Below are positions 20,828 through 29,764 of a stretch of 64,000 nucleotides of DNA, piece by piece. The DNA lies in NCBI GenBank assembly GCA_044226015.1, contig JBGAHS010000006.1:512001-576000 (forward strand). The letters run 5' to 3'. The notes under the pieces were generated by a model that was not told the origin of the DNA, made no database searches, and saw only the letters and a list, made by a program, of their open reading frames with translations. The DNA is from Candidatus Obscuribacteraceae bacterium (GTDB taxonomy: Bacteria; Cyanobacteriota; Vampirovibrionia; Obscuribacterales; Obscuribacteraceae). The position numbers were made by a program, and so were the translations under genes. The stretch's first letter is position 1, and every line of letters starts with the position of its first letter.

Positions 20828-22072
20828 ATGCCTGCAAGATCAGCGAAGTCAATGAATTTCACGAAAACGGAGCTAGCAAAGCTGAAACCGCCAGCTACAG
20901 GTTTTTCTGTTTATCACGACACGGCTGTAGAGGGACTTGTCATTCTCGTTTATTCAACTGGGGGAAGTAGATTCTATGTTTACAAGAAGATAGAAGGGAA
21001 ACCAACTCGCATCAAAATCGGCAAATTTCCGGACATCTCCGTAGAAATTGCACGAAAGAAAGCTCAGGATCTGCTGGGGAGCATTGCCAGGGGTGAGCCG
21101 ATCAAAAAAGTGGAAAAGGAAACAGCCATTTCCCTTGAAAAATTGCTTGCTCAATATTTAGGCGAGTATGCCACGCACCATTGCAAAACATGGAAAGAAA
21201 CACGAGCCAACTTCACACGCTACTTTTCTGATTGGCTTGAGCGACCAGTTGATACCATCAGCCATAACGAAGTGCAGCAACGGATCAATGATCTCGGTGG
21301 CGAGCGAGGGGCACCACACTTCAAATCGTGCTTTTGATGATTTGCGCGCAGTGCTTTCTTGGGGCAAGAAACATGGATATGTCTTATGCGAAAGCCCCTG
21401 CACAAGTGTGACTAAATTCCAGACACAATCTAGAGAGCGCTTTCTTCGTCCAGACGAATTCGAAAAGTTTTTTGCAACACTTAAAATATCGACTTTCGAG
21501 ACTACGTTTACCTCAGTTTGTTTACTGGCGCAAGACAGGCGAACGTATTGTCAATGCGCTGGGACGAGATCAATTTTGAACTAAGACTTTGGCGAATTCC
21601 AATTACAAAGAACAAAGAATCACAGACCCTGCCACTAACGAATCTAGCTTTTCAGGTATTGGAGAATCGCAAACAAAATAATAAATCTGATGAATGGGTA
21701 TTTCCTAGTGACGGTATCACTGGACATTTAGTCGAACCCAAAAAGGCCTGGCAAAAATTCTTAGTAAGAAGCGGCCTTCAAGACTTGCGTTTGCACGATC
21801 TAAGGCGCTCACTTGGTTCTTACATGGCAATGAACAATCAATCTCTGCAAATAATCGGAAAAGTTCTCGGCCACAAATCACACGCCGCTACTCAGATATA
21901 CTCACGATTGGCATTTGATCCGTTACGACAAGCAATGGAATCAGCCCAAGCAACAATTGTCACTGGGCAGGAAATGCTGCTGCCGGAAAGTTTCGCAAAA
22001 ACAAAGAAATCAACAAGCAAGACACCTAAAGACAAGAAAACAAAAAGAATGAAGTATGAATATACAATCTAG
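20828..22072 (+). pseudogene. Tyrosine integrase with Arm-binding N-domain, split by two frameshifts
   Basis: Three overlapping frames: N-term IKIGKFPDISVEIARKKA; middle SRERFLRPDE; C-term TGARQ, TKN, HDLRR, LGH, IYSR; shifts near 21310 and 21485. Confidence 0.85.
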
Positions 22073-22481
22073 ACAGGATTTTCTCGCGTGGATAACTGAG
22101 CGAAATTATTTCGAAGAAATCTTCTTTGCAAATATTCAGCCCATGCCCACACTGCCAAACACTGGACAGGTTCCTGAACGAGTATCCTTTGACATTGGCA
22201 TCCCCACTACAATTGATTGGACAGCAGGAGAAAAAACACTCTTTATTTTTCAGAGAGTTCTTGCAAGCGGAATTACTGAATGGTCGTCATCTGATATCGA
22301 CTTCGAGCCAGATCCAATTTACGCTGATCGGCCAATTGAAAAGGACAAAATTCAGAAGAATCGTCATGACGTTGAAATAGTTCTTCATTCTATGTCCACT
22401 GGCAAGGAACGAATTATCAGTGCAGACTGGCCTGCGGGAGCAGTTGATGAAATACTCATTCACAAGAAAAAAGCCAAATGA
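22056..22481 (+). CDS. Hypothetical protein (island cargo, possibly a fragment)
   Basis: 141-aa ORF overlapping the integrase end; no motif recognised. Confidence 0.45.
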   Translation: MNIQSRQDFLAWITERNYFEEIFFANIQPMPTLPNTGQVPERVSFDIGIPTTIDWTAGEKTLFIFQRVLASGITEWSSSDIDFEPDPIYADRPIEKDKIQKNRHDVEIVLHSMSTGKERIISADWPAGAVDEILIHKKKAK

Positions 22482-22585
22482 GGGATCGTTGAGAAGAAAG
22501 AGAAATCTGGCTCAATCAACGGGCAAATTAAATAAAGGTGGAGTCACGTTACTCCTATTGAATCGTTCGTAGAGTAACAGCACAG

Positions 22586-23233
22586 ATGCATGCATTCATT
22601 GATGAATCAGGAACGCTTCAAGATCAGGAGATAATGACTGTGGCGCTTGTCGTGCTTGACGGCGCCAGATCGGCGGAAAAGTTGCATTTGAAGGCATCAA
22701 AAGTCATCTTCACTCCGCCAAAAACGAAAGGGTTAAAAGAAAGAGAGAAGTGGTTTGCGTCACGCACACTGCACTTTGCAGAAATGAACGATGATCAAAA
22801 ACTGGCGCTGGGAAGCGAACTTGGCAGGGCAAACATCGCATCTGTCATTGCAAGTCACTGGCACACAGAGGCGAGCGCTACCCACGAACATAGATTTGCA
22901 GTGTATTCAAAACTGGTAGAGATGACAATTCTAAGAGCATTTGAGTTCTACAAACAATTAAACATTGCAATAGCCAAGCAAGGCGGCTGGCAAGTTTACG
23001 GTCCACCATTTTTGGAACAATTGCGCAAACTGCCAGGTCAGTACAAATACAACACGGGACAGTACAGAGAGGCTGATATTTACTTAGCTTCTAGCGCCAA
23101 TCATGGTATTCAATTGGCTGATTTCTTCGCAAGCTCCTGCAGAAATTATTTGCTTTCAAAATCAGCTAACAGACTTGCTGAACCCTATGAGCGAGTGCAG
23201 CATTTGGTCGTCCAACTGGATGAATATAAGTAA
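22586..23233 (+). CDS. DUF3800 domain protein
   Basis: N-terminal FIDESG, central LHFAEM and C-terminal GIQLADFFA (DE and QxxD signatures). Confidence 0.88.
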   Translation: MHAFIDESGTLQDQEIMTVALVVLDGARSAEKLHLKASKVIFTPPKTKGLKEREKWFASRTLHFAEMNDDQKLALGSELGRANIASVIASHWHTEASATHEHRFAVYSKLVEMTILRAFEFYKQLNIAIAKQGGWQVYGPPFLEQLRKLPGQYKYNTGQYREADIYLASSANHGIQLADFFASSCRNYLLSKSANRLAEPYERVQHLVVQLDEYK

Positions 23234-23237
23234 ATGC

Positions 23238-23271
23238 AAAAAAAGAGGGGCAAGACCGAAATCTTCCCCCT
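23238..23271 (-). terminator. Intrinsic terminator of the candidate ncRNA
   Basis: GAGGGGGAAGAT-TTCG-GTCTTGCCCCTC-TTTTTTT on the minus strand. Confidence 0.8.
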
Positions 23272-23377
23272 CCCAAGACTTTGTATTTGCTCTGCCTGCT
23301 CTTCTCCAGAGGTTTCCCTCCGAGGGGCCTCGCTATTCCGCGACGCGGCAGACCAAGGCTTACAATACTGGTTTTGT
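23238..23377 (-). ncRNA. Candidate structured ncRNA convergent with the DUF3800 gene
   Basis: Own extended -10 promoter; stems TCTGCC/GGCAGA, TCGC/GCGA, GGAGG-GAAA-CCTCT; terminal UUCG hairpin plus T7. Confidence 0.72.
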
Positions 23378-23383
23378 ATTATT

Positions 23384-23412
23384 ATCATAGCAGGGATTCG
23401 GCTACGGTCCAG
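23384..23412 (-). promoter_or_regulatory. Sigma70-type extended -10 promoter for the candidate ncRNA
   Basis: Minus strand TG-c-TATGAT at 23384-23392 with a weak TGGACC -35-like hexamer upstream. Confidence 0.6.
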
Positions 23413-23460
23413 TGCTGTTAATGAATTGATAAGCCTAATTCGACTGACCTCTTCGAATTT

Positions 23461-23928
23461 TTGCAGGGACCACTCACCTTCGCACATGAGGGTTTTCATG
23501 CTACACATCAGACGCTAACGGAGCTGTTCATGAGGCAACAACCTGCTTCACTTCCCGAATTTTTGAGTGTAAAAGGCGATGCTGAGGTGGGCTCCTACGA
23601 GACCGAAGTAAGAGTCCACAGCGAACTCAAATCACCAGGTATTGTGTCCTATGAGTGGAACGATTCGAAAAACCACAAACAGCCAACAAAGGATCTTTGT
23701 GCTTTGTACAACGCTCAAGGAAAGGACGGGCTGAGCAAATTCATACTGTTCGATGCACATACCGACATGGATATTAATGGCAAAAAGGAAAGTTCAAATT
23801 ATCATCGCTACCATGAATCAAGATATGCAGACTACGTAAGCAATCACCCTGCAGCACGTCAAAGTATGGCTGACTGGTTAAAACGCGCTCCTTCAGTTCA
23901 GAAAAAAATTGAGCAAGGTAAATACTAG
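23461..23928 (+). CDS. Hypothetical protein (island cargo; start uncertain, perhaps 23530)
   Basis: Open frame, no family recognised. Confidence 0.45.
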   Translation: MQGPLTFAHEGFHATHQTLTELFMRQQPASLPEFLSVKGDAEVGSYETEVRVHSELKSPGIVSYEWNDSKNHKQPTKDLCALYNAQGKDGLSKFILFDAHTDMDINGKKESSNYHRYHESRYADYVSNHPAARQSMADWLKRAPSVQKKIEQGKY

Positions 23929-24311
23929 AGCCAACGTAATGAAGCTATTGAATATTCTTCAACTATCCCATTCTTAAACTTAATACGAAGCTCAATGCAA
24001 GAGATCTGTCCCGATTTCTTTGCTTTGCCGTTTGTTATCTTGTAGGTCAACTCATCAAGCTTTCTCTCAGCTCCTTTTCCGAATGCAGCACTAACTTGTT
24101 TTCTGCTCATTCCAATAAGCCGCGAAACGTTGCTAGACACTAGCCACCACCGAGCCTGATCATCCTTACCAGGAATTAGATCAGGCATGGGTGCACGGCC
24201 CTGAATTTCACCCAGATCCAAATCAGTGCCTTTAAGACCCTGTGCACCCACATTAGTCATCGAGCTGGAGGAGAAAGCCAATATAACAATCACATTTAGA
24301 AACTTGTTCAT
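23925..24311 (-). CDS. Small secreted hypothetical protein
   Basis: Signal peptide; LIGMSRKQV...FG motif resembling SmpA/BLIP-like small domains. Confidence 0.65.
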   Translation of the reverse strand: MNKFLNVIVILAFSSSSMTNVGAQGLKGTDLDLGEIQGRAPMPDLIPGKDDQARWWLVSSNVSRLIGMSRKQVSAAFGKGAERKLDELTYKITNGKAKKSGQISCIELRIKFKNGIVEEYSIASLRWL

Positions 24312-24639
24312 TTCTTAAACTCAAAGGGCTTATCTCAACCAGTATGACTGGCAGGGCATGTGAAGGTCAAGCTGGCTATGCTTGCGCAGCAAGGCAACAA
24401 CTGATCATGATTGTTTTTTGCGACTAATGTGAGTTGGACCTGCGACTCGGTTGTGTGAAACACCACCGGGGGCGGTGCATTTAAAAACTATGGTGTCTAA
24501 CGCAAGAAGCCGACCGCTTTTGATGCCAAGGCCAATCCAATATAGTCCCATTATTCGAACATCCGACCTGACTGTTCGTAGAAAGCGTTTTACAAGCGAA
24601 ATACTTATCTAAAGTTTCCGCTCGCTATATATTATTTTC

Positions 24640-24667
24640 TTTCGGGAGTAGCAGGCTAGTAGCATGT
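24640..24667 (+). repeat. 28-bp direct repeat, copy 2 (putative integrase arm-type site)
   Basis: Identical to 20666-20693. Confidence 0.85.
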
Positions 24668-24693
24668 GACTTTAGCCCGATCCCGGAAAAACT

Positions 24694-24765
24694 TGGGCGG
24701 TGAGAGACTCGAACTCCCAACCCCCTCGGTGTAAACGAGGTGCTCCACCATTGAGCTAACCGCCC
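24694..24765 (-). tRNA. trnV: tRNA-Val(TAC)
   Basis: GGGCGGT acceptor pairing with ACCGCCC-A, anticodon loop TTTACAC, TTCGAGT T-loop. Confidence 0.96.
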
Positions 24766-25003
24766 GGACGAAGAATCAGTTTAGCACGCCCTCTCAGCTC
24801 TATGCTCCTTCAGAAAAACAAAAGTAACAAAAGCAAAACGACCGTCTACAAAGGGATTCGCAGGACAGAACCAAATCCCCCTACCCTTTGCAACACCTGT
24901 AAAAATAAAATTTCCGATTAATGTCCTCTTTTTTTGACTTTTGCAGGCACTTTTCTGAAAAGGTGCCGTCCCCCCATCAGCTCATTGATCCGGAGGGACC
25001 ACG

Positions 25004-25351
25004 ATGAATGTTAAACAACAAGCTGCACTTTTGACGGGACTTGTCGCACTGGTAATCATCTGGCTGGTGCCACCATGGCAACATGTTGATTCTGAAGGAG
25101 CAGCGAAATCAATGGGTTACAGTCCACTCTGGAGTCCTCCAGTGAAGACGGAGTCTCAAGGCGCCAATATATTAGGGTTCAAACTAGAACTGCAAGAGTC
25201 AGAACAAGCAAACGCAATTGACTGGCAAACTCTCATAGGCGAGGGGGGTGTTGTGGTGCTAACCACGGCAGCTGCCATGGCTCTATGTGGAATGAAACGG
25301 AAGTCAATTTCTCAACAGAGAGAGCCGAGAGTAACAACACCAATAGCCTGA
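25004..25351 (+). CDS. Small membrane protein with two TM segments
   Basis: GGAGG RBS; hydrophobic ends; PPW...GYSPLWSPP...IDW motif. Confidence 0.75.
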   Translation: MNVKQQAALLTGLVALVIIWLVPPWQHVDSEGAAKSMGYSPLWSPPVKTESQGANILGFKLELQESEQANAIDWQTLIGEGGVVVLTTAAAMALCGMKRKSISQQREPRVTTPIA

Positions 25352-25355
25352 CGGT

Positions 25356-26537
25356 TCAGGCAAAATGATGGGCGTCAAAATCCTCACCAAACCATTCTTT
25401 AATTTCGGCGTGTTCTGGATGAGATGGATTTTTCAGGATAGCTAGCTTTTCTGCATAAGCTCGAACACCACCACTGTCTTCTGGTGGACAAGCATTTTTT
25501 CCAGTTACACATTCAAAATAATCGATGGGATTATCTAGCCATTCTTCCATCTCGACTGTATGAATCCAGTTATCTCCAAAGTCATAACAGTACTCGAATT
25601 TATCCGACGGTTTCAAACTGAAATCGGAAAGGTTATATCTTGTTGCCTCAGTCTCAGAACTCTCGGAATTCTCGGAGAATGTACGCCCATTTATCTTGAA
25701 ACAATGAAGATGGCTGTTCTCCCACCCCATGGAGTTTTGAATCGTCTCGTGCAATTCAGGCAGCGAACAATCTCCCGGAACATGGATGCGACGCCACACC
25801 AGCGGTCGCGACCCCTTCAACGTCACTTTCAGTTGCAAACCGGGCGGCGATTGTTTCTTTATTTTCGCCTTCTTTGCTTTAACTTTAGTACTAGATTTTG
25901 CTTGACTTGAGGCTGGAACAATAGATAAATGTCCCTTTTCCAACGACACCGCATTCAGTGCTGCAATTTTCTTGCCTTTGGAACTGCTAGTCTGCAAAGC
26001 CCTAATTACCTCAGAAATTTTCTCTGAAGCTTCAGGAATGATATCGGAAAGGTGGAAATGCATCTTTCGAAGTTTGCTTAGCTGCTTCATTTCCAAGGGT
26101 GACAATCTCATTTGAGATAGCTGCGCAAACTCTGCTACATAGAGGTCTAACACATCCTCACCGGATACGAACATGTCATAAAGATCGAGAAGTTCCTGAA
26201 TCTCCAACTGCTCCATCGGCAACGAACGCATCAAGAAGAACGCTGCATCGGTAACCTCACGCATTGTTGTGAGTTCTTCATCGGCAGCTCTGATTCGGCT
26301 TTGAGGAGAATATTTTTCCTTACTCGATTTGCTTATTTCAGTAACATTTATCGAGACTTCCGGTACTGAGACATTCGTTCCACCAATCAAACACAGGTGA
26401 CCTTTCCTTCTCATGCTTACCTCAAAAACGTCTGGCTCTCTCTCAGGATACCCAGAACCGAACGACAAGACTAGATCAGCCTTTCCGCTTTTATTTCGAG
26501 CGCATATGCATGGAACATAGAAAGAGGAATAAATCAA
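25356..26537 (-). CDS. pRiA4b ORF-3 family protein (C-terminal domain); start uncertain
   Basis: P.VWRRI.VP...L.ELHETIQ..MGWENSHLH, YCYDFGDNW.H, GKNACPPEDSGG. Confidence 0.85.
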   Translation of the reverse strand: MIYSSFYVPCICARNKSGKADLVLSFGSGYPEREPDVFEVSMRRKGHLCLIGGTNVSVPEVSINVTEISKSSKEKYSPQSRIRAADEELTTMREVTDAAFFLMRSLPMEQLEIQELLDLYDMFVSGEDVLDLYVAEFAQLSQMRLSPLEMKQLSKLRKMHFHLSDIIPEASEKISEVIRALQTSSSKGKKIAALNAVSLEKGHLSIVPASSQAKSSTKVKAKKAKIKKQSPPGLQLKVTLKGSRPLVWRRIHVPGDCSLPELHETIQNSMGWENSHLHCFKINGRTFSENSESSETEATRYNLSDFSLKPSDKFEYCYDFGDNWIHTVEMEEWLDNPIDYFECVTGKNACPPEDSGGVRAYAEKLAILKNPSHPEHAEIKEWFGEDFDAHHFA

Positions 26538-26996
26538 GTTTAAGAAATGAGCTAATACTGAATGTGGTGCAGAGAATGAAGATGCCTTGCTCTATTTCAC
26601 TCATACGAAATGCGCAGAGTGGATATACAACGCTTAAGCACCGAAAAGCCGAGGAGTATCCATCTGGCAACTCATCGGACAAACCTAGCTACTTGTACGG
26701 GGCTGAAAGGTCAAAAATTGGAGGAGCTTCGAAGCTTGAGGGAACGTGCAACAGAAGAAAGGCAACTGTCGAGGCGAGTGCCAACAAGATGAAGGCGTGA
26801 CAAATGCGCAAGTCTAACCTGTTTAACATTTGAGCTCCGAAACTCCCGTGTATTCTCAACGGCTCCCTTCCAAAAATTAGGAGAGCCGATAGAGAATTGA
26901 TGAAAGTTCCCATTTCGAGGTCAATTTTGAAACAAATCGGACCTTGTAATTTTTCAGGATATTGCGTTTACTACCGAGAACCTGAAAGGAGTAACA

Positions 26997-27449
26997 ATGA
27001 CCGTCATCAAAATCGCTGTAGGTATCCTGTTAACATTGAGCACTATCAGCAGTGCTCTGGCAAAAGAATTTAGGGACCTTGCCTTCGAAAAGAAGAGTAT
27101 GCAATGGATGCTTCAAACAAAACAAGCATCAGATGCAGAGAAAGAAGGAAGGCTCGACGAGGCAGAAAAAATCTACAAAACAATCATCTCTGACCGAATT
27201 AATTACCACCTCGACCTTTCCCAAGAACGCGGTTATCTGGCGCAGATTTACTCAAAAGAAGGTAAAACCAAAGACGCAGAGGCGCTGCTCCTAATTAACA
27301 TCAGCCAGAGAGAATCAGAAGACGGCAAGAAGGGATTTACTCTCGTTTATCCACTAAATGAGTATGCCGATTTTCTGGAAAAGACGGGACGAGTGGAAGA
27401 GGCGAAAACTCAACGTCAACGAGCAAACCAAATTGAGAAGGGCTCTTAA
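26997..27449 (+). CDS. Secreted TPR protein
   Basis: AAGGAG RBS, signal peptide, TPR-like LAQIYSKEGKTKDAE and LNEYADFLEKTGRVEEA. Confidence 0.75.
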   Translation: MTVIKIAVGILLTLSTISSALAKEFRDLAFEKKSMQWMLQTKQASDAEKEGRLDEAEKIYKTIISDRINYHLDLSQERGYLAQIYSKEGKTKDAEALLLINISQRESEDGKKGFTLVYPLNEYADFLEKTGRVEEAKTQRQRANQIEKGS

Positions 27450-27558
27450 AAAGAAAGCTCCCAGAGAAAAGATCGCGCAGAAGCTAGAGGCAAAATAGCA
27501 GCAGCATGTTTTCAGGATTAAACAAATAGCTTAAGCTAGGAGAACAAAAGCTCTCAGG

Positions 27559-28011
27559 TTGCCTATGCCTACATTTATCCTTCCGATTGGTCCATGGCTT
27601 TCCTTGTTAGGAAAGTTGATCGAGTCAGGACGAAGAAAACTAACACGAGATTCGCGCCATCCGGATTTAAAATCCGAAGCTCCGTCGATTGGCTTTTCCG
27701 AACGAGAAAATTTGCCTTTACCAGAGAACGCGACTGTCTCGGAATTGGAAAAATTGATAGAGACTGGCGAATTTAGACAAGCTAAAGAACTGCTCATAAA
27801 CGAGTGGACTAACTCCCCCGAATTTGGTGACAAGGAACTGAGGCTTAATCGATTGAAAGAGGGTTTCATCAAGCTGTATATAGCAAAAGGGCAAGCAAAG
27901 CGAGCCGAACGGATATCTCAAATGCCCACGCTGATGTTAGATCAAGAGGTGAAGTGGATTGTTACACACCCCGATCTTGAAATCGCTGGAATAATTGAAG
28001 AAGCTGATTAA
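27559..28011 (+). CDS. Hypothetical protein (TPR-like, possibly a fragment)
   Basis: 150-aa ORF, weak TPR-like helix LYIAKGQAKRAE. Confidence 0.4.
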   Translation: MPMPTFILPIGPWLSLLGKLIESGRRKLTRDSRHPDLKSEAPSIGFSERENLPLPENATVSELEKLIETGEFRQAKELLINEWTNSPEFGDKELRLNRLKEGFIKLYIAKGQAKRAERISQMPTLMLDQEVKWIVTHPDLEIAGIIEEAD

Positions 28012-29221
28012 AAGGCTGAAATTGAAGATGAGACTTAGTGCAGAATTCTCGAAACTTTCAGTCAGCTTGATAGAATTACTTAATCACAGTTTCTTGCGGT
28101 GCGCGATTTTGAAGTTCCGAACATATTCGATTTGCTGCATGATTACCATCGGCATTTGCGCACTCGTGAGTCCAGTAACGGCTAGCAGCCGAATTAACCT
28201 CAAATTCTCTCCGGTAGACAATAGTACCGTTGGTGATACCAATCACCGGACTGCAATAAAGAAAGTACTTTCCTCAGAATTGCCCGATCCATCACAAGCC
28301 TCACTGAACGAAGTTTTGGCTAAAACCAATCGCATCAGAGTCTTTGATGGCGGAGCGTCAAAGGGCAAGCTTCTTTCAAAGAAAGTCCTACTGGATAGTA
28401 CCGACAGTGAAGTCATCGGTGCTCTCTCGAAAGCTCTAGAAATTGACGAAGAGTCACCATGCCAAGAGATGTCTATAGGTGGACCAAGCATCGAGCTGAT
28501 GCATGACAAGAAGCGACTTGCGCTAATAGTTTACCAGCACGGCGGCAACGCCATTCGCTGGGAAACTAATTGGCACCTTGACGCAACGCTCCATTACAGC
28601 AGGCAGTTAGTAGATTGGTTCGCAGACGCCGGCATAGAAGGTCCGAAAGTTGCCGTCGAAAAAGAACTCCAGGAAAAGCGTCGAACAGCTGCCGATCTGC
28701 AGAAGTGGCTTATGTCGATGCCCTCTTGCCTTAGACCAAACATTGGAATGATTGTCGTTCCAGGCATGACAGATCTGCTGATTTATTCGCCGCTTCCTGT
28801 CAAAAAGCTGCCGAGCACCGTGGTTCCTATCACTGCGAACGAACGCCTCAAACAAATTATGTCTGATTTGGATGGCGAATTCAGTGACCCTCATGTCAAA
28901 ATACTTGCTTTGCTTCAGTGGTATGCGTCCGGAGTTGGCGTTTGGACAGGCTTCCCCTGCTACGAGGAATTACCCGCAGAGCTTCTGCTCACGCTTCCCA
29001 CACAGACTATTGTTGAAGCACTTCACATGAAGGCTGTATCTGAGCCGGAAATCGAAGGAGCTGCCCGCTACTTTGCATCGCACTTATTCCGGGTTTCAAA
29101 GCCGCAGGATCTGAAGCTTCTCGATCAACAGCTTAGAACCCGATTGCTCGAACACTGCATGAAGTCTGAAGATCAGGACAAAAGATATCGTGCAGAATGT
29201 GCGTTCAATTTGGCGAACTAG
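27995..29221 (+). CDS. Secreted hypothetical protein (true start probably ~28109-28139)
   Basis: Long ORF with signal-like segment; W.GFPCYEE motif. Confidence 0.65.
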   Translation: MKKLIKRLKLKMRLSAEFSKLSVSLIELLNHSFLRCAILKFRTYSICCMITIGICALVSPVTASSRINLKFSPVDNSTVGDTNHRTAIKKVLSSELPDPSQASLNEVLAKTNRIRVFDGGASKGKLLSKKVLLDSTDSEVIGALSKALEIDEESPCQEMSIGGPSIELMHDKKRLALIVYQHGGNAIRWETNWHLDATLHYSRQLVDWFADAGIEGPKVAVEKELQEKRRTAADLQKWLMSMPSCLRPNIGMIVVPGMTDLLIYSPLPVKKLPSTVVPITANERLKQIMSDLDGEFSDPHVKILALLQWYASGVGVWTGFPCYEELPAELLLTLPTQTIVEALHMKAVSEPEIEGAARYFASHLFRVSKPQDLKLLDQQLRTRLLEHCMKSEDQDKRYRAECAFNLAN

Positions 29222-29266
29222 CGATATGCTAGAATCCCAAATAGTCTAATAAAGGTTCGGCGAGCA

Positions 29267-29719
29267 ATGGCGGCACACTCCCACGATCATAAACACGATC
29301 ACGAGCGAAACAATAAGTCGCTCAAGCGCTCAGGACTAACAAAAGGCGCAAAGGTCGTGCTCGATGTTCTAGAAGAGTCCCAGGAACTGGCAAGTGCCCA
29401 GGATATTTATGGGCAACTTAGATCAGGTGGGGGCGATAAAGCGCCTGGACTGACAACGGTTTACAGAGCACTTGACTCTCTTGTTGAGAAAGGTTATGTC
29501 CAGGCGGTCGACCTCGGTGATGGTGAAAAGCGTTATGAGGTGGTAGCCCCTGGCGAACATCACCATCACTTAGTCTGTGAGACTTGTGGACAGAGCAATC
29601 ATCTAGATCAGTGCGTGGTTGAAGAAATTGAAGATACCATTCGCGCTAAATACGGTTTCAAAATAAAATCGCACGTGCTTGAGATTTTTGGGGTCTGCTC
29701 AAACTGCAACAAAGAATAA
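29267..29719 (+). CDS. Fur family regulator (Zur-like)
   Basis: GLTTVYRAL, HHHHLVCETCG, FGVCSNC; His-rich N-terminus. Confidence 0.92.
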   Translation: MAAHSHDHKHDHERNNKSLKRSGLTKGAKVVLDVLEESQELASAQDIYGQLRSGGGDKAPGLTTVYRALDSLVEKGYVQAVDLGDGEKRYEVVAPGEHHHHLVCETCGQSNHLDQCVVEEIEDTIRAKYGFKIKSHVLEIFGVCSNCNKE

Positions 29720-29764
29720 AGAGAGGCATTTTTGCCCCTCTTTACCTTTCAGGAATGCAGGAGT

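Larger units (their letters stand above)
20488..24740. mobile_element. Degenerate ~4.2 kb integrative element in tRNA-Val(TAC)
   Basis: Flanking tRNA-derived direct repeats, adjacent tyrosine integrase, internal 28-bp repeats near both ends. Confidence 0.88.

Noticed and set aside
23103..23518. Short ORFs overlapping the DUF3800 downstream region
   Set aside because: No RBS or recognisable composition; the promoter-fold-terminator reading explains the region better
24490..24600. Possible integron attC (GTCTAAC inverse core)
   Set aside because: No matching GTTRRRY partner forming an attC hairpin, and no IntI
26510..26800. Small ORFs upstream of the pRiA4b-like gene
   Set aside because: Several short frames with stops and no recognisable product; at most a remnant
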